Shown: in pieces, positions 29,052 to 39,228 of the stretch
How the letters are laid out: every line of letters starts with the position of its first letter
Position numbering within the stretch: position 1 is the stretch's first letter
Assembly: GCA_964495085.1 (NCBI GenBank)
Contig: CAZBUK010000003.1
Location: 4,528-68,527 of the forward strand
Length of the DNA: 64,000 nucleotides
From: an uncultured Ignavibacteriales bacterium
GTDB lineage: Bacteria > Bacteroidota > Ignavibacteria > T3Sed10-11
Reading direction: 5' to 3'
Notes under the pieces: model-generated
What the model was told of the DNA's origin: nothing
What the model saw: only the letters and a program-made list of their open reading frames with translations
The model's database searches: none
Translations under genes and position numbers: made by a program

Positions 29052-30776
29052 ATGAATCCGGCGAAACGAAATATCATCGGCGTGGACTATGGAACCGATT
29101 CGGTCAGGTCGGTTCTGGTGAATGCCGGCGGCGAACAGCTGGGTGAATCCGTCTTCAATTATCCGCGATGGGCGGGGGGCAGGTATTGCGCTCCCGCACG
29201 GAATATGTTCCGCCATCACCCCCTTGATTATCTCGAAGGACTCGAGGCGACCATACGATCGATTCTATCGTCGGTACCGTCGACGGAGGTCGCGAAGGTA
29301 GGCGCCATCTCAGTCGATTCGACGGGCTCTACTCCGGCAGCGGTCGACAGAGCAGGTACGCCGTTAGCGCTCCATGCCGAGTTCGCGGAGAATCCGAATG
29401 CTATGTTCATACTCTGGAAAGACCATACGGCGATCCGGGAAGCCGAGGAGATCAACAACACGGCGAGAAGCTGGGGTGGAATCGATTTTACGAAATTTGT
29501 CGGCGGCGTCTATTCATCGGAATGGTTCTGGGCTAAGATCCTGCACACGCTCAGGACCGATGAGAAGATTCGATCGGCGGCCCATTCCTGGGTCGAACTC
29601 TGCGATTGGATCCCGTACGTGCTCACGGGCGCTGAAGATGTTTCCCGGATGAAGAGAAGTCGCTGCGCCGCGGGACATAAAGCGATGTGGCATAAAGATT
29701 TCGAAGGTCTGCCGTCGGAAGAGTTTTTAGAGCGAATCGATCCGCTGCTCGCCGGCCTGCGTGACAGGTTGTTTAAGGATACCTATACTGCCGATATTCC
29801 GGCGGGAAATCTCTCGGGATTATGGGCGGAGAAGCTCGGACTTCCGCGAGACGTTGTCGTCGGTGTAGGAGCGTTCGACGCACACATGGGCGCTGTCGGA
29901 GCGGGCATCGAACCTTATCATCTATGCAGGGTCATGGGTACCTCCACATGCGATATGCTGGTCGCACCTATGGAGGAAGTGGGAGATATACTTGTTCGAG
30001 GCATCTGTGGCCAGGTCGAAGGATCGGTTTTCCCCGATATGCTGGGGATGGAAGCCGGTCAGTCGTCTTTCGGGGATGTCTACGCATGGTTCAGAGACGT
30101 CCTCATGTGGCCTGTCGAAAAGTTGCTATCGAATTCCGATTTTCTCGAGACGGGGCAAAAGGAACGGCTTCTGCGGGAGGCACATCGCGGCATTATTCCA
30201 ATGCTCTCCGGAGCGGCTGCAAAACTGGAGCCCGGTTCGTTCGACATCGTCGCGCTCGACTGGCTGAACGGACGGAGAACCCCCGACGCCAATCAGGTGC
30301 TGAAAGGAGCGATCGAGGGCTTGAACCTGGCGAGCGATGCGCCGCTTCTCTTCAAGTCGCTGGTAGAGGCAACGTGTTTCGGAGCAAAAATGATAGTCGA
30401 CCGGTTCGTGGATGAAGGAGTTCCGATCAAGGGGATTATCGGAACCGGTGGGGTGGCCCGGAAGGCACCCTACGTGATGCAGACGCTTGCGGATGTCCTC
30501 GATATGCCGATCAGGATCACCCGGTCCGAGCAGACATGCGCCATAGGAGCTGCGATGTTCGGAGCGACAGCCGCGGGGATACACAAAGACGTGTACGAAG
30601 CACAGCGTTCGATGTTCGAAGGTTTCGACCGGACCTACCGACCCGATGCCGGTCGGGCACGGATTTACGCTACACTCTACGGTCGCTATAAATCGCTCGG
30701 CTCCGCAATCGAAGCCAGACTCATGAATTTCCACAAGTCTAAGGATCGTCCGGATGAGCAGATATCAGGAGATTAA
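29052..30776 (+). CDS. araB: L-ribulokinase (FGGY carbohydrate kinase family)
   Basis: FGGY N-terminal motif NIIGVDYGTDSVRSVLV and a ~575-aa length typical of ribulokinase. C-terminal FGGY blocks GGV/GTGG are present. It is immediately followed by araD. The track ORF is 29025..30776; I start it at the ATG at 29052 (MNPAKRNIIGVDYG). Confidence 0.85.
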   Translation: MNPAKRNIIGVDYGTDSVRSVLVNAGGEQLGESVFNYPRWAGGRYCAPARNMFRHHPLDYLEGLEATIRSILSSVPSTEVAKVGAISVDSTGSTPAAVDRAGTPLALHAEFAENPNAMFILWKDHTAIREAEEINNTARSWGGIDFTKFVGGVYSSEWFWAKILHTLRTDEKIRSAAHSWVELCDWIPYVLTGAEDVSRMKRSRCAAGHKAMWHKDFEGLPSEEFLERIDPLLAGLRDRLFKDTYTADIPAGNLSGLWAEKLGLPRDVVVGVGAFDAHMGAVGAGIEPYHLCRVMGTSTCDMLVAPMEEVGDILVRGICGQVEGSVFPDMLGMEAGQSSFGDVYAWFRDVLMWPVEKLLSNSDFLETGQKERLLREAHRGIIPMLSGAAAKLEPGSFDIVALDWLNGRRTPDANQVLKGAIEGLNLASDAPLLFKSLVEATCFGAKMIVDRFVDEGVPIKGIIGTGGVARKAPYVMQTLADVLDMPIRITRSEQTCAIGAAMFGATAAGIHKDVYEAQRSMFEGFDRTYRPDAGRARIYATLYGRYKSLGSAIEARLMNFHKSKDRPDEQISGD

Positions 30777-31458
30777 AAAGGCCGCCTATGCATGCAACAT
30801 GCAGCTGCCGGCGATGGGATTGGTCATGTTTACATTCGGAAACGTCAGCGCGGCAGACCGGAGCGAAGGAGTGTTTGCAATTAAACCGAGCGGAGTGCCG
30901 TACAACGACCTCCGTATCGACGATATGATCGTCGTCGACTTTGGAGGAGATGTCGTCGAGGGAAATCTCAGACCCTCCTCCGATACGAATACCCATGCAG
31001 AACTATACAAAGCCTGGGAGGGGATAGGAGGTATCGCGCATACCCATTCCACCTATGCGACTGCATGGGCGCAGAGCCTGAAAGCTATTCCGATCTACGG
31101 AACCACGCATGCAGATCACCTTCCCGTGGATGTGCCGTGTGCGCCGGTGATGAGCGATACAGAGATCGAAAAGGACTATGAAACACACACCGGACGTCAT
31201 ATTATCCGATTCTTCGAGGACCGGGGACTGTCGTATAAGGAAGTTGAAATGACGCTCATCGGTAACCACGGTCCGTTCACATGGGCTCAGACAGCGGAAA
31301 AGGCGGTCTATAATAGCACAGTACTTGAAGAGATCGCTAAGATGGCTTACCTGACCATGGGCATTAACCCCGAGGCGCCGAAACTCAAAGAGAGCCTGAT
31401 ACAGAAGCACTATTTCAGAAAACATGGTTCCGGCGCGTACTACGGTCAGAAGAAATAA
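30754..31458 (+). CDS. araD: L-ribulose-5-phosphate 4-epimerase (class II aldolase/adducin family)
   Basis: It aligns with E. coli AraD along its whole length: FGNVSAADRSEGVFAIKPSGVPY...KPSSDTNTHAELY...GGIAHTHSTYATAWAQ...GTTHADH...HYFRKHGSGAYYGQ. There is a 23-nt overlap with the araB 3' end. Confidence 0.92.
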   Translation: MSRYQEIKKAAYACNMQLPAMGLVMFTFGNVSAADRSEGVFAIKPSGVPYNDLRIDDMIVVDFGGDVVEGNLRPSSDTNTHAELYKAWEGIGGIAHTHSTYATAWAQSLKAIPIYGTTHADHLPVDVPCAPVMSDTEIEKDYETHTGRHIIRFFEDRGLSYKEVEMTLIGNHGPFTWAQTAEKAVYNSTVLEEIAKMAYLTMGINPEAPKLKESLIQKHYFRKHGSGAYYGQKK

Positions 31459-31577
31459 ACGCAACCTATGGACGATTCACCGTTCCGGAATGAATCCCGG
31501 TGTCGGGAATACCTGCCCTTACCGCTGAGCTCCTTTCCGCCGATCCGGCTCTTAACTTCAGACATATTATTCAGCGA

Positions 31578-32879
31578 CTAATTTTCTTCTGCATGCACTT
31601 GTTCAATGTATGAGCTGTAGACCGCATCACGGAATTTTTTATGCAATCCCACACGATCGAACGGCATCAATTGAACGAAGAGTACGGCGGCGAGATCGTT
31701 CACCGGATCGATCCAGAAGAGCGTGCTTGCCGCACCATCCCAGAAAAACTCACCGGGCACTCCGAAATTCTCCTCGTTCGTTGCCGGCGGCCTGATCCTT
31801 ACAGCGAAATCGATGCCGAATCCGACCTGGCCTTTCGACGGCAGCCACGACCGTTCGGTCACGCTGTCCGAGAGATGGTTTGTTGCCATCAGGTGTACTG
31901 TCTCGGGGCGAAGAATGCGCACCCCGTCGAGCTCCCCTTCGTTAACCAGCATGCGGGCAAACTTCATATAGTCGTCTAATGTGGAAGTGAGACCGAATCC
32001 CCCCGGAGTAAGCGTGTGTTCCCGCATGTTCATCTCCCGTGTATATTCATCGGGAATTCTGGAGAGCGTTCCGTCGTCCGCCCGATGATAGACCGCTGCA
32101 AATCGCTCGATGTTACCATCAGTGACGACATATCCGGTTTGTCCCATGGCGAGGGGGTCGAAAATATTTTCCTGAAGGTACCGGTTGAACGGTACACCCG
32201 AGATTCGTTCGATCAAGAATGCCTGGACATCGACAGACGGTCCGTACGACCACCGCTCGCCCGGGTGAAACCATAACGGCACGCTCCCCAGACGTTTCGC
32301 CATCTCAGTCAGCGAATTATCCATGTTCATCGGATCCGCAGACAACAGATATTTTCCTACTCCGGGGATATCGGCAGATGGCGCGAACCCGGCCGTATGG
32401 CGGGTAAGGTCTCTGATCGTCGGTTCTCGTTTCGGTGTTTCGAGGACCGGTTCGCCGGCGGGAGTTTCGCCTGCATATACCTGCAGCCGGGAGAATTCGG
32501 GCGCGTACTTCGAGACGGAATCGTCCAGATCAAAAGCGCCATTTTCATGGAGCATCATGAGTGCGACGCCGGTGATCGGTTTCGTCATGGAATAAATTTG
32601 CACGATCGTAGAACGATCCATGGGGATGTTCGCTTCGCGGTCGGATGTGCCGAAGGCGTTGAAGTAGACCTCTTCGCCTTTTTCGAATATGAGAGCGGAA
32701 ACCCCTGCGAGTATTCCCGAATCTACGAATGAGCTGAGCGTGGAATCTATGCGTTCTACGGTTGATGCGCTGACAATCCGTTTACCCTGCATTGCAGCGG
32801 AATGGTCGCGTGATTCATGATCCGAGCAGGCGCTTAGGGAAAAAACCGCACCGAAAATGAATACGGTCATACGATTCAT
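31578..32879 (-). CDS. Serine hydrolase of the beta-lactamase/transpeptidase-like fold (class C beta-lactamase / esterase family), probable lipoprotein
   Basis: S-x-x-K motif IYSMTKPITGVALMM and an N-terminal lipobox VFSLSACSD. The track ORF extends to 32930 (GTG start). I start it at the ATG at 32879 (MNRMTVFIFGAVFSLSAC). Confidence 0.7.
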   Translation of the reverse strand: MNRMTVFIFGAVFSLSACSDHESRDHSAAMQGKRIVSASTVERIDSTLSSFVDSGILAGVSALIFEKGEEVYFNAFGTSDREANIPMDRSTIVQIYSMTKPITGVALMMLHENGAFDLDDSVSKYAPEFSRLQVYAGETPAGEPVLETPKREPTIRDLTRHTAGFAPSADIPGVGKYLLSADPMNMDNSLTEMAKRLGSVPLWFHPGERWSYGPSVDVQAFLIERISGVPFNRYLQENIFDPLAMGQTGYVVTDGNIERFAAVYHRADDGTLSRIPDEYTREMNMREHTLTPGGFGLTSTLDDYMKFARMLVNEGELDGVRILRPETVHLMATNHLSDSVTERSWLPSKGQVGFGIDFAVRIRPPATNEENFGVPGEFFWDGAASTLFWIDPVNDLAAVLFVQLMPFDRVGLHKKFRDAVYSSYIEQVHAEEN

Positions 32880-33734
32880 ATGTATTCTCTTTTCTGTTCT
32901 TGGATGACGTAATCTCCCCGCGATGCTCACATGGTTCGATAGCCTGTAGGAATCCGGAAAGGTTATGGGCCGCCGTAACGAGCGGTAAGACGCGAATATC
33001 CGGGGAAGGAGTCATATCTAGTTAGTGAATCCGTTGTGACGATGCGGATAATGTAACAACACTTTTTTCATAGTGCAAGATCTTTCGGAACATTTTATAT
33101 TTACATGGACGGTTTATCAATTCATCTTTTATCTCAGACACAAGGGATTTGTAGAAATAAAATGGCCCTGTCGGAAATAACAAAACTGAAGGGTTTTTAT
33201 GGAGGACCTGGAACGGAGCGCTTCGATGTGACACCGGCAGTTAAGGAGGATATAAGTCTGCGCCTTCTTCGCTACCCGGCATCTGTACCGGGAATAATAT
33301 GCGAGTCATCTGACAGTCACCTCTACCACCTTCAACAGGTATGTGCGTGATTGTGGCTCACACCGAAAGCGTGAAATATCGTCAGCATTATTTTTCCCCA
33401 TCAATCTGACAAACGTCGATGCATCGAATGTAAGATCACGGATTAACACGAAAGTTTACTCGTTGTTGAATTCGTACAGACTGCTGATCTCGGAAGTTAT
33501 CCGATGGATTCTAAGATATTTCTAATGTTTCATCAACCAACAGTCCATCAACGAGCAGGTATAGTTGATGACGTTTAAGGAATGATTAGAGATCAGGAAT
33601 TCATGCATACATATTAAGTGTTCGACATACACCAATGACAGCGGAGAGGGATGAAATTTTCAGTCTCGAGAAAATAATCTATTGAAACCGACGTATATTT
33701 CGTGATCTCGAAAAATTTTAGTTTAGAATTTTGT

Positions 33735-33797
33735 TGCTTCAAGCTTGACTTTCTAAAAATTATCATTTACCTTGAATCAGTTCAATTTTGGTTAAAT
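33735..33797 (+). promoter_or_regulatory. Promoter/operator-like element upstream of TonB-dependent receptor #1. It is a TTGACT hexamer followed by two direct copies of AATCAGTTCAAT spaced 21 bp apart.
   Basis: agcTTGACTttctaaaaattatcatttaccttgAATCAGTTCAATtttggttaAATCAGTTCAATcagcc lies in a 1.1-kb AT-rich non-coding region. The same hexamer and repeat recur at 50663-50724 upstream of TonB-dependent receptor #2. Confidence 0.5.
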
Positions 33798-34074
33798 CAG
33801 TTCAATCAGCCATACTCCATACACTACCTGATAGACATTTAGTCGATTTTTTGTTCTTCTTCATACCACCTTGTTGCACATCATCGATGAGGTTGAGTAT
33901 ATATAACCGGAATCTGTACGATAAATAACCGGACTATTCTCGAATGAAAGAACAGAGCCAAAATCGTTGTATCAATAACACCTCCGATATAACTTCCTCA
34001 AAATGTTCTCGAGCATCTCTTTGCGTCCCGTTCAGAGGTTCATTTAATTTATAGATACTCAGGAGAGGTATTTC

Positions 34075-37000
34075 ATGATTAATTCAAGATTCTACCTGTT
34101 TCCTTTTATCATATTGCTTTTGGGTCTCGGCATCACTTCAGCACAGGATCTCCCAACAGAACAGAGATTCGGACATCTGGATGGGGTCATAACGGACCTA
34201 TCAACAGGAGCGCCGCTCATAGGTGCTAACGTTATTCTCGAGGGCACAAGTTTAGGATCCGCCACCGATCAAAATGGTAAGTATAGTATTCTCAGAGTTC
34301 CCTCAGGATCGCATACACTTGCTGTTAGCTATATCGGTTATCAAAACGTGAAATTGGAGATCGATGTACCGGGCGGAGAAACGACCACCTACGATGTGTC
34401 GTTGGCATTTCATTATGTTGAAGGTGAAGTCGTTACAATAACCGCGCAAGCGAGCGGGCAAATGCAGGCAATAAACGAGCAACTAAGCGCCCGAACAATA
34501 AAAAACATTGTAGCCGCTGAACGTATTCGTGAGTTACCCGATGAGAATGCCGCTACGGCTCTCAGCAGGTTACCGGGGGTTTCTCTACAGGAAGGAGACA
34601 AAGTAGTCGTACGCGGGATTCAGGCAAAATTGAATACTGTTCTTATAAATGGCATACAACTTCCAGCGACTACAACAACAGACCGATCGACTAATCTCGG
34701 ATTTATCTCATCTAACATGCTTGCGGGGGTCGAGGTAACTAAAGCAGTTACTCCCGATATGGACGCAAATGCTATCGGCGGGGTCGTCAATCTTCGACTC
34801 AGGGAAGCTCCGGTTGACTGGCATTTCGATATATCGACGCAAGGTTCGTACAATACTCAGAATCGAACATATCCCGGGCAAAACTATCAGGTATGGATAA
34901 GCGGTAGCAACAGGTTTTTAGACAATAAGCTCGGAGTATTCTTACAGGGGAACAGTTACCGGCAGGATGCTGGCCCGGATATCGGCAATGTCGTATATGA
35001 GAGGATGGGGCCGGGACAGGATCGCCAATACGGCGAGGCGACTTGGGGTATGCAGCAGTTCGAATACATGAATGAGATCAACGTGACGGAACAATACGGG
35101 GGAAGTCTTATTCTCGATTTTGTCTTGCCCCGCGGCAAACTCATGCTGCAGAATACGTATGCATACACGAACCCCAACAACACGCAGCATATGGACCGGC
35201 TGGGAATCGGCGCCGGCTCCCTGCTAAACCGGCTCGAGCGCAACATTTTTTCTAAGCATGTCCTGGTTAACGCATTGCAGGGAGATAACAGGTTTGGTTC
35301 AATCAACGTTGATTATGGCGTATCGCATGCGCAATCCCGTCAGGACACAGATTTATGGTACTGGGTCGAGTGGAATCCGGTCGCGGCATTCGACGGATTC
35401 GGCGAAAGTGTACGGCGCTTCTTTACCCCGGAGGACGTGTACAAAATACAATACTACGATGACTTCAGGGCGGGACAGACAGTCAGGGACGGCAGTACGC
35501 GCAGCGAATTTTTTAAGGAGCGGCAGGTTGTTGCCCACATGAACGTGACCGTGCCCGTCACGATATCCAGCTTTATATCAGGGGATATCAAGACGGGAGG
35601 CAAAGTGAATTTCCTCGGCCGTGAAAACGATACACAGCGCTCTTTTGCGCGTCTTTCGGAGGGCGATAACAATCGGACCGCACGGGATTTTCTTGTGGAT
35701 GTGGTCGGCGTCGCCAATTGGAACAGTCCATTGCGGTTCCTGGACTTTCGCGACAACAACTTCGATAAGGGGCAGTATTTTCTTGGCGGAGACTATAACA
35801 TGCGGGATGTCCTCAGGACGGACTGGATGGATCAATACATGCGTCTGGCTCCGCCCGGTTGGCCCCGCGGAGAGCAGAGCCCCTTCAACCACATTGCCGA
35901 TTCCCGAAGGTTCGACTACGAAACAGAGGAACGACTTTCTGCAGGATACCTGATGGCGGATATGAGTATCGGCTCGCGGCTCACCGTTTTGGCCGGCGTT
36001 CGGTACGAGCATTTCCAAATGGACTATGAAGCCACGTACATGCTCGAGACGCACTTCGACGGGAATGGACGGGAGATCCTCGTCGAAGAACAAATACAAG
36101 CGATGGGAGAACCGCTCACCATTGCAAAGCGAAGTGTCGATCACTGGTTCCCGAATGTGCAAGTTCGGTACTGGATTACCAACTGGTTTGACGTGCGGCT
36201 TGCGTATACAAAAACGCTCTCGAGGCCCAACTATAATCAACTCATGCCCAATATTTTCGTCACGCAGGCCAGCGGAGAGGCGGGCAATCCGAATCTGCGG
36301 CCGACCGTGTCGGATAATTATGATATCTTCTTTTCATTTTCGAACAATACAGTAGGATTGTTTACCGTCGGCGGTTTTTATAAGCGCTTGGAGGACGTGG
36401 TTCTTCAGCAACGGATCCAACGAGACCTTCTTGATTTGTATGCCCCCGGGGAGATCTCATGGCCCGACCCTGCAACCACTCTTCCTAATGTTCGCTCCAC
36501 ACAATTAATTACAACCTTTGTGAATAATCCGCATCCGGCGATAGTACGGGGAATCGAATTCGACTGGCAGACGAATTTCTGGTATCTGCCGCAACCGTTG
36601 AATTCAATGGTCCTGAATATCAATTATACGCGTATCTTCTCTGAAATGGACTACAGGCAGATCATCAATATACAACGCACGGATCCCCTGACTGGTCTTC
36701 CCGTAGTCACAGTTATTGATACGATACTTACTGCCCGGCTCCTTCAGCAGGGGAATGACGTCGTCAATATCGCGGTGGGCGCCGATTATCGCGGTTTTTC
36801 CGCGAGGATATCCTTCCGGCTGCAGGGGGATGTGATCACCACTGTCGGCAACCGTCCCGAAGAAGATGCATTCACCGAAGATGTGTATTCATGGGATTTC
36901 ACGCTCAGGCAACGTCTACCGATCCAGGGTATGAGCGTATTTTTTAGCGGCATGAATATCACCCACGCGCCTACTAATGATTTCCGGCATTTCCGGCGGG

Positions 37001-37086
37001 ACAATGCCGACCCGACGATTGATAATCGAAGCCGTACCACGTTTAGTTCTCGTAGATTTGAGCTGGGATTGCGGTATAGTTTTTAA
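34075..37086 (+). CDS. TonB-dependent outer-membrane receptor/transporter (copy 1). It has a CarboxypepD_reg-like N-terminal domain, a plug and a 22-strand barrel.
   Basis: Signal peptide MINSRFYLFPFIILLLGLGITSAQ. The Cna-B/CarboxypepD_reg-like segment is GVITDLSTGAPLIGANVILEGTSLGSATDQNGKYSIL. Plug motifs are DENAATALSRLPGVSLQ and GIQAKLNTVLINGIQLP. It has a C-terminal barrel ending in an aromatic residue. An SD AGGAGAGG precedes the ATG. Confidence 0.85.
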   Translation: MINSRFYLFPFIILLLGLGITSAQDLPTEQRFGHLDGVITDLSTGAPLIGANVILEGTSLGSATDQNGKYSILRVPSGSHTLAVSYIGYQNVKLEIDVPGGETTTYDVSLAFHYVEGEVVTITAQASGQMQAINEQLSARTIKNIVAAERIRELPDENAATALSRLPGVSLQEGDKVVVRGIQAKLNTVLINGIQLPATTTTDRSTNLGFISSNMLAGVEVTKAVTPDMDANAIGGVVNLRLREAPVDWHFDISTQGSYNTQNRTYPGQNYQVWISGSNRFLDNKLGVFLQGNSYRQDAGPDIGNVVYERMGPGQDRQYGEATWGMQQFEYMNEINVTEQYGGSLILDFVLPRGKLMLQNTYAYTNPNNTQHMDRLGIGAGSLLNRLERNIFSKHVLVNALQGDNRFGSINVDYGVSHAQSRQDTDLWYWVEWNPVAAFDGFGESVRRFFTPEDVYKIQYYDDFRAGQTVRDGSTRSEFFKERQVVAHMNVTVPVTISSFISGDIKTGGKVNFLGRENDTQRSFARLSEGDNNRTARDFLVDVVGVANWNSPLRFLDFRDNNFDKGQYFLGGDYNMRDVLRTDWMDQYMRLAPPGWPRGEQSPFNHIADSRRFDYETEERLSAGYLMADMSIGSRLTVLAGVRYEHFQMDYEATYMLETHFDGNGREILVEEQIQAMGEPLTIAKRSVDHWFPNVQVRYWITNWFDVRLAYTKTLSRPNYNQLMPNIFVTQASGEAGNPNLRPTVSDNYDIFFSFSNNTVGLFTVGGFYKRLEDVVLQQRIQRDLLDLYAPGEISWPDPATTLPNVRSTQLITTFVNNPHPAIVRGIEFDWQTNFWYLPQPLNSMVLNINYTRIFSEMDYRQIINIQRTDPLTGLPVVTVIDTILTARLLQQGNDVVNIAVGADYRGFSARISFRLQGDVITTVGNRPEEDAFTEDVYSWDFTLRQRLPIQGMSVFFSGMNITHAPTNDFRHFRRDNADPTIDNRSRTTFSSRRFELGLRYSF

Positions 37087-37224
37087 CGTTGTGTTAAAAA
37101 ATATCAGACCGTGTTATTCACAGCATCTAAACAGATATGAAAGGAGGGATAATAATAAAAACCAAAATCTTCATGTTCCTTCTGCAATTAATCAATCATA
37201 TTTTACATTAAGGAGGCGGCAGAT

Positions 37225-39093
37225 ATGAGAAAGGTTATGTTACTAATGATTCCATTATTGCTGGGTTTTGGATTTCTAAGTAGTGCAGAAGCTCAGGAAT
37301 TTATGGATTATATATCCGAGATCCGGGGAGATACTGCAGTTGTAAAAAACCTCGCACAGATGGGCGCACTGAATAGCCTCGTCGACGCGATTGAATCCGA
37401 TCCAAATCCTGATGGACGCGTTTACCTTCTTATCCGGGGAACGAACGCTGCGCCATCGCTGTACCTCCAGGACAGAGGGTATACGATTGAAGCAGAAAGA
37501 GCGATTACGATCGTCGGTGAAGATGCGGGTCCGATCGTCGGCGGTACGGAAGGAGACGGTCGGCCGCCGCTCATTGCAGGCGCTGGCGCTCAGCCGGGTT
37601 ACTTCTTTACCCACTCAACGGATTTTACGCTCAGGAACCTCGCTGTCGCTACGGGATCCAATACAGGCGAAGAAGGGTGGTGGACGTTGGGTCCGACCGG
37701 GACTGCGGCCCCTTCAGTCGCTACGTACGAAAACGTTCTCATGGAGCATAACAACTGGGTCTTTATTCAGGGCAACGATGCGCCGGGTATGACGTTGATC
37801 ATTCGGGACAGTTACTTCATTAATATGACCGGTGTCGGCTGTCGACGGAACGGCGGTGTTTACGATAGCGTGAGTTATCCGCTCGAGGAATTAATCGTTG
37901 AGAACTCAACTCACGTACAGGCGTCGGGAATCATGTATAAATTCAGGAATTTCCCGGCAAAGCGAGTCGTATTCAATCACAACACGTTCGTCAATAGTAC
38001 GGGGCAGATCATCACGTCGTTTGGTTATGAATATAACATGATCGTAGCCAATAATCTGTTCGTGAACAGCAATGTTCAGGCATTTTATCCCGGGCTGGAT
38101 GATACCGAAATCGGACTACAGCATCAACCGCACGGAATAATAAATCTGGATCACTTCGAGGGTACGAACTGGGCCGGTGAGCCGCACGGCGTCAATCCGG
38201 ATCTATTGCCCAACGGGTTGGCTACGGTGAGGAAGGTCCTTGTCGATCGGAACGGTGTATACTGGGATCCGCGTCTTACACAGATCGTCGACTATCTGAA
38301 TGACAATAATATTCCCTGCGACGATGCGAATTGTGGTGGTATCGAGGGGGAATGGATGTCCCAGATGATCACAATGAATGAGAGAACGCAATCCATGTTC
38401 GACGACAATGAGACCTATCCCTTCCTCACGGAAGGTGCCTGGATCATGGAAGGCGATCCGAATTTTGTGAGCATGGAAGACAACATCGACGACCTGATCG
38501 CATGGGGTATTGTTACCGCTCCTGCCGGTAACGACGTTCTTCTCCCCAAGTTCCGTAGTCCCGGCAACATGGCGGTAACCGGCGAACCGGAAAATTACAA
38601 CAATTTTGACTGGCCGTTATATCCGAATCTTGCCTATACCAATGAAGCGTATTTGACTGCCGGTTTAGGCGGATACCCGCTCGGCGATTTGAACTGGTTC
38701 CCGGAGCAAAAAGCAGCCTGGGAAACCGAGAAGGAAGCTCTCTATGTAGAACTGCAATCGGCCTTGAACGAAGGACGAACGACATCTGTAAGAGAAATCG
38801 GCGGAAACATTCCTTCTTCAATTCACCTCGCACAGAATTATCCTAATCCGTTTAATCCGACGACAGAAATTCAGTTCTCGTTGCCGAGTCAGGCGCATGT
38901 TTCACTCGAGATATATGACATGACCGGTCGTCTGGTTACAACACTGATCAACGGAAATATGTCATCAGGTAATTACACTGTTACCTGGGATGCAACAAAC
39001 CAATTTGGTCAGATGGTTAGCAGCGGAATATATCTCTATCGATTGCAGGCCGGAGATATTGTGGAAACCAAACGGATGACCTTCATTAAGTAA
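37225..39093 (+). CDS. Secreted right-handed parallel beta-helix protein with a T9SS (Por) C-terminal sorting domain. It is the partner of TonB-dependent receptor #1.
   Basis: Signal peptide MRKVMLLMIPLLLGFGFLSSAEAQ. Repeated N-x-F-V-N-S beta-helix-like coils (NHNTFVNSTGQII...ANNLFVNSNVQ). The C-terminal ~85 aa, NYPNPFNPTTEIQFSLPSQAHVSLEIYDMTGRLVTTL...GIYLYRLQAGDIVETKRMTFIK, matches the T9SS CTD consensus. It lies 138 bp downstream of the receptor with no intervening hairpin. Confidence 0.72.
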   Translation: MRKVMLLMIPLLLGFGFLSSAEAQEFMDYISEIRGDTAVVKNLAQMGALNSLVDAIESDPNPDGRVYLLIRGTNAAPSLYLQDRGYTIEAERAITIVGEDAGPIVGGTEGDGRPPLIAGAGAQPGYFFTHSTDFTLRNLAVATGSNTGEEGWWTLGPTGTAAPSVATYENVLMEHNNWVFIQGNDAPGMTLIIRDSYFINMTGVGCRRNGGVYDSVSYPLEELIVENSTHVQASGIMYKFRNFPAKRVVFNHNTFVNSTGQIITSFGYEYNMIVANNLFVNSNVQAFYPGLDDTEIGLQHQPHGIINLDHFEGTNWAGEPHGVNPDLLPNGLATVRKVLVDRNGVYWDPRLTQIVDYLNDNNIPCDDANCGGIEGEWMSQMITMNERTQSMFDDNETYPFLTEGAWIMEGDPNFVSMEDNIDDLIAWGIVTAPAGNDVLLPKFRSPGNMAVTGEPENYNNFDWPLYPNLAYTNEAYLTAGLGGYPLGDLNWFPEQKAAWETEKEALYVELQSALNEGRTTSVREIGGNIPSSIHLAQNYPNPFNPTTEIQFSLPSQAHVSLEIYDMTGRLVTTLINGNMSSGNYTVTWDATNQFGQMVSSGIYLYRLQAGDIVETKRMTFIK

Positions 39094-39155
39094 CGTTTGA
39101 TTCGGCCGGTAAAGAGCTGGCAGAGGTTTACAAACATCGCGATGGATGTACCCTA

Positions 39156-39192
39156 AAAGCCCCGGTCGTCGGTTTGACCGGGGCTTTTTATT
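39156..39192 (+). terminator. Rho-independent terminator after the T9SS beta-helix gene
   Basis: AAAGCCCCGGTC-gtcggttt-GACCGGGGCTTT is a perfect 12-bp stem. It is followed by TTTATT. Confidence 0.7.
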
Positions 39193-39228
39193 CAGCATGT
39201 ATCAAGTCCCAATAAAGAAATTTACTCT

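Noticed and set aside
33105-33350. 81-aa ORF and neighbouring short ORFs in the AT-rich island
   Set aside because: No ribosome-binding site, no family resemblance and AT-rich low-complexity codons. More likely non-coding regulatory DNA.
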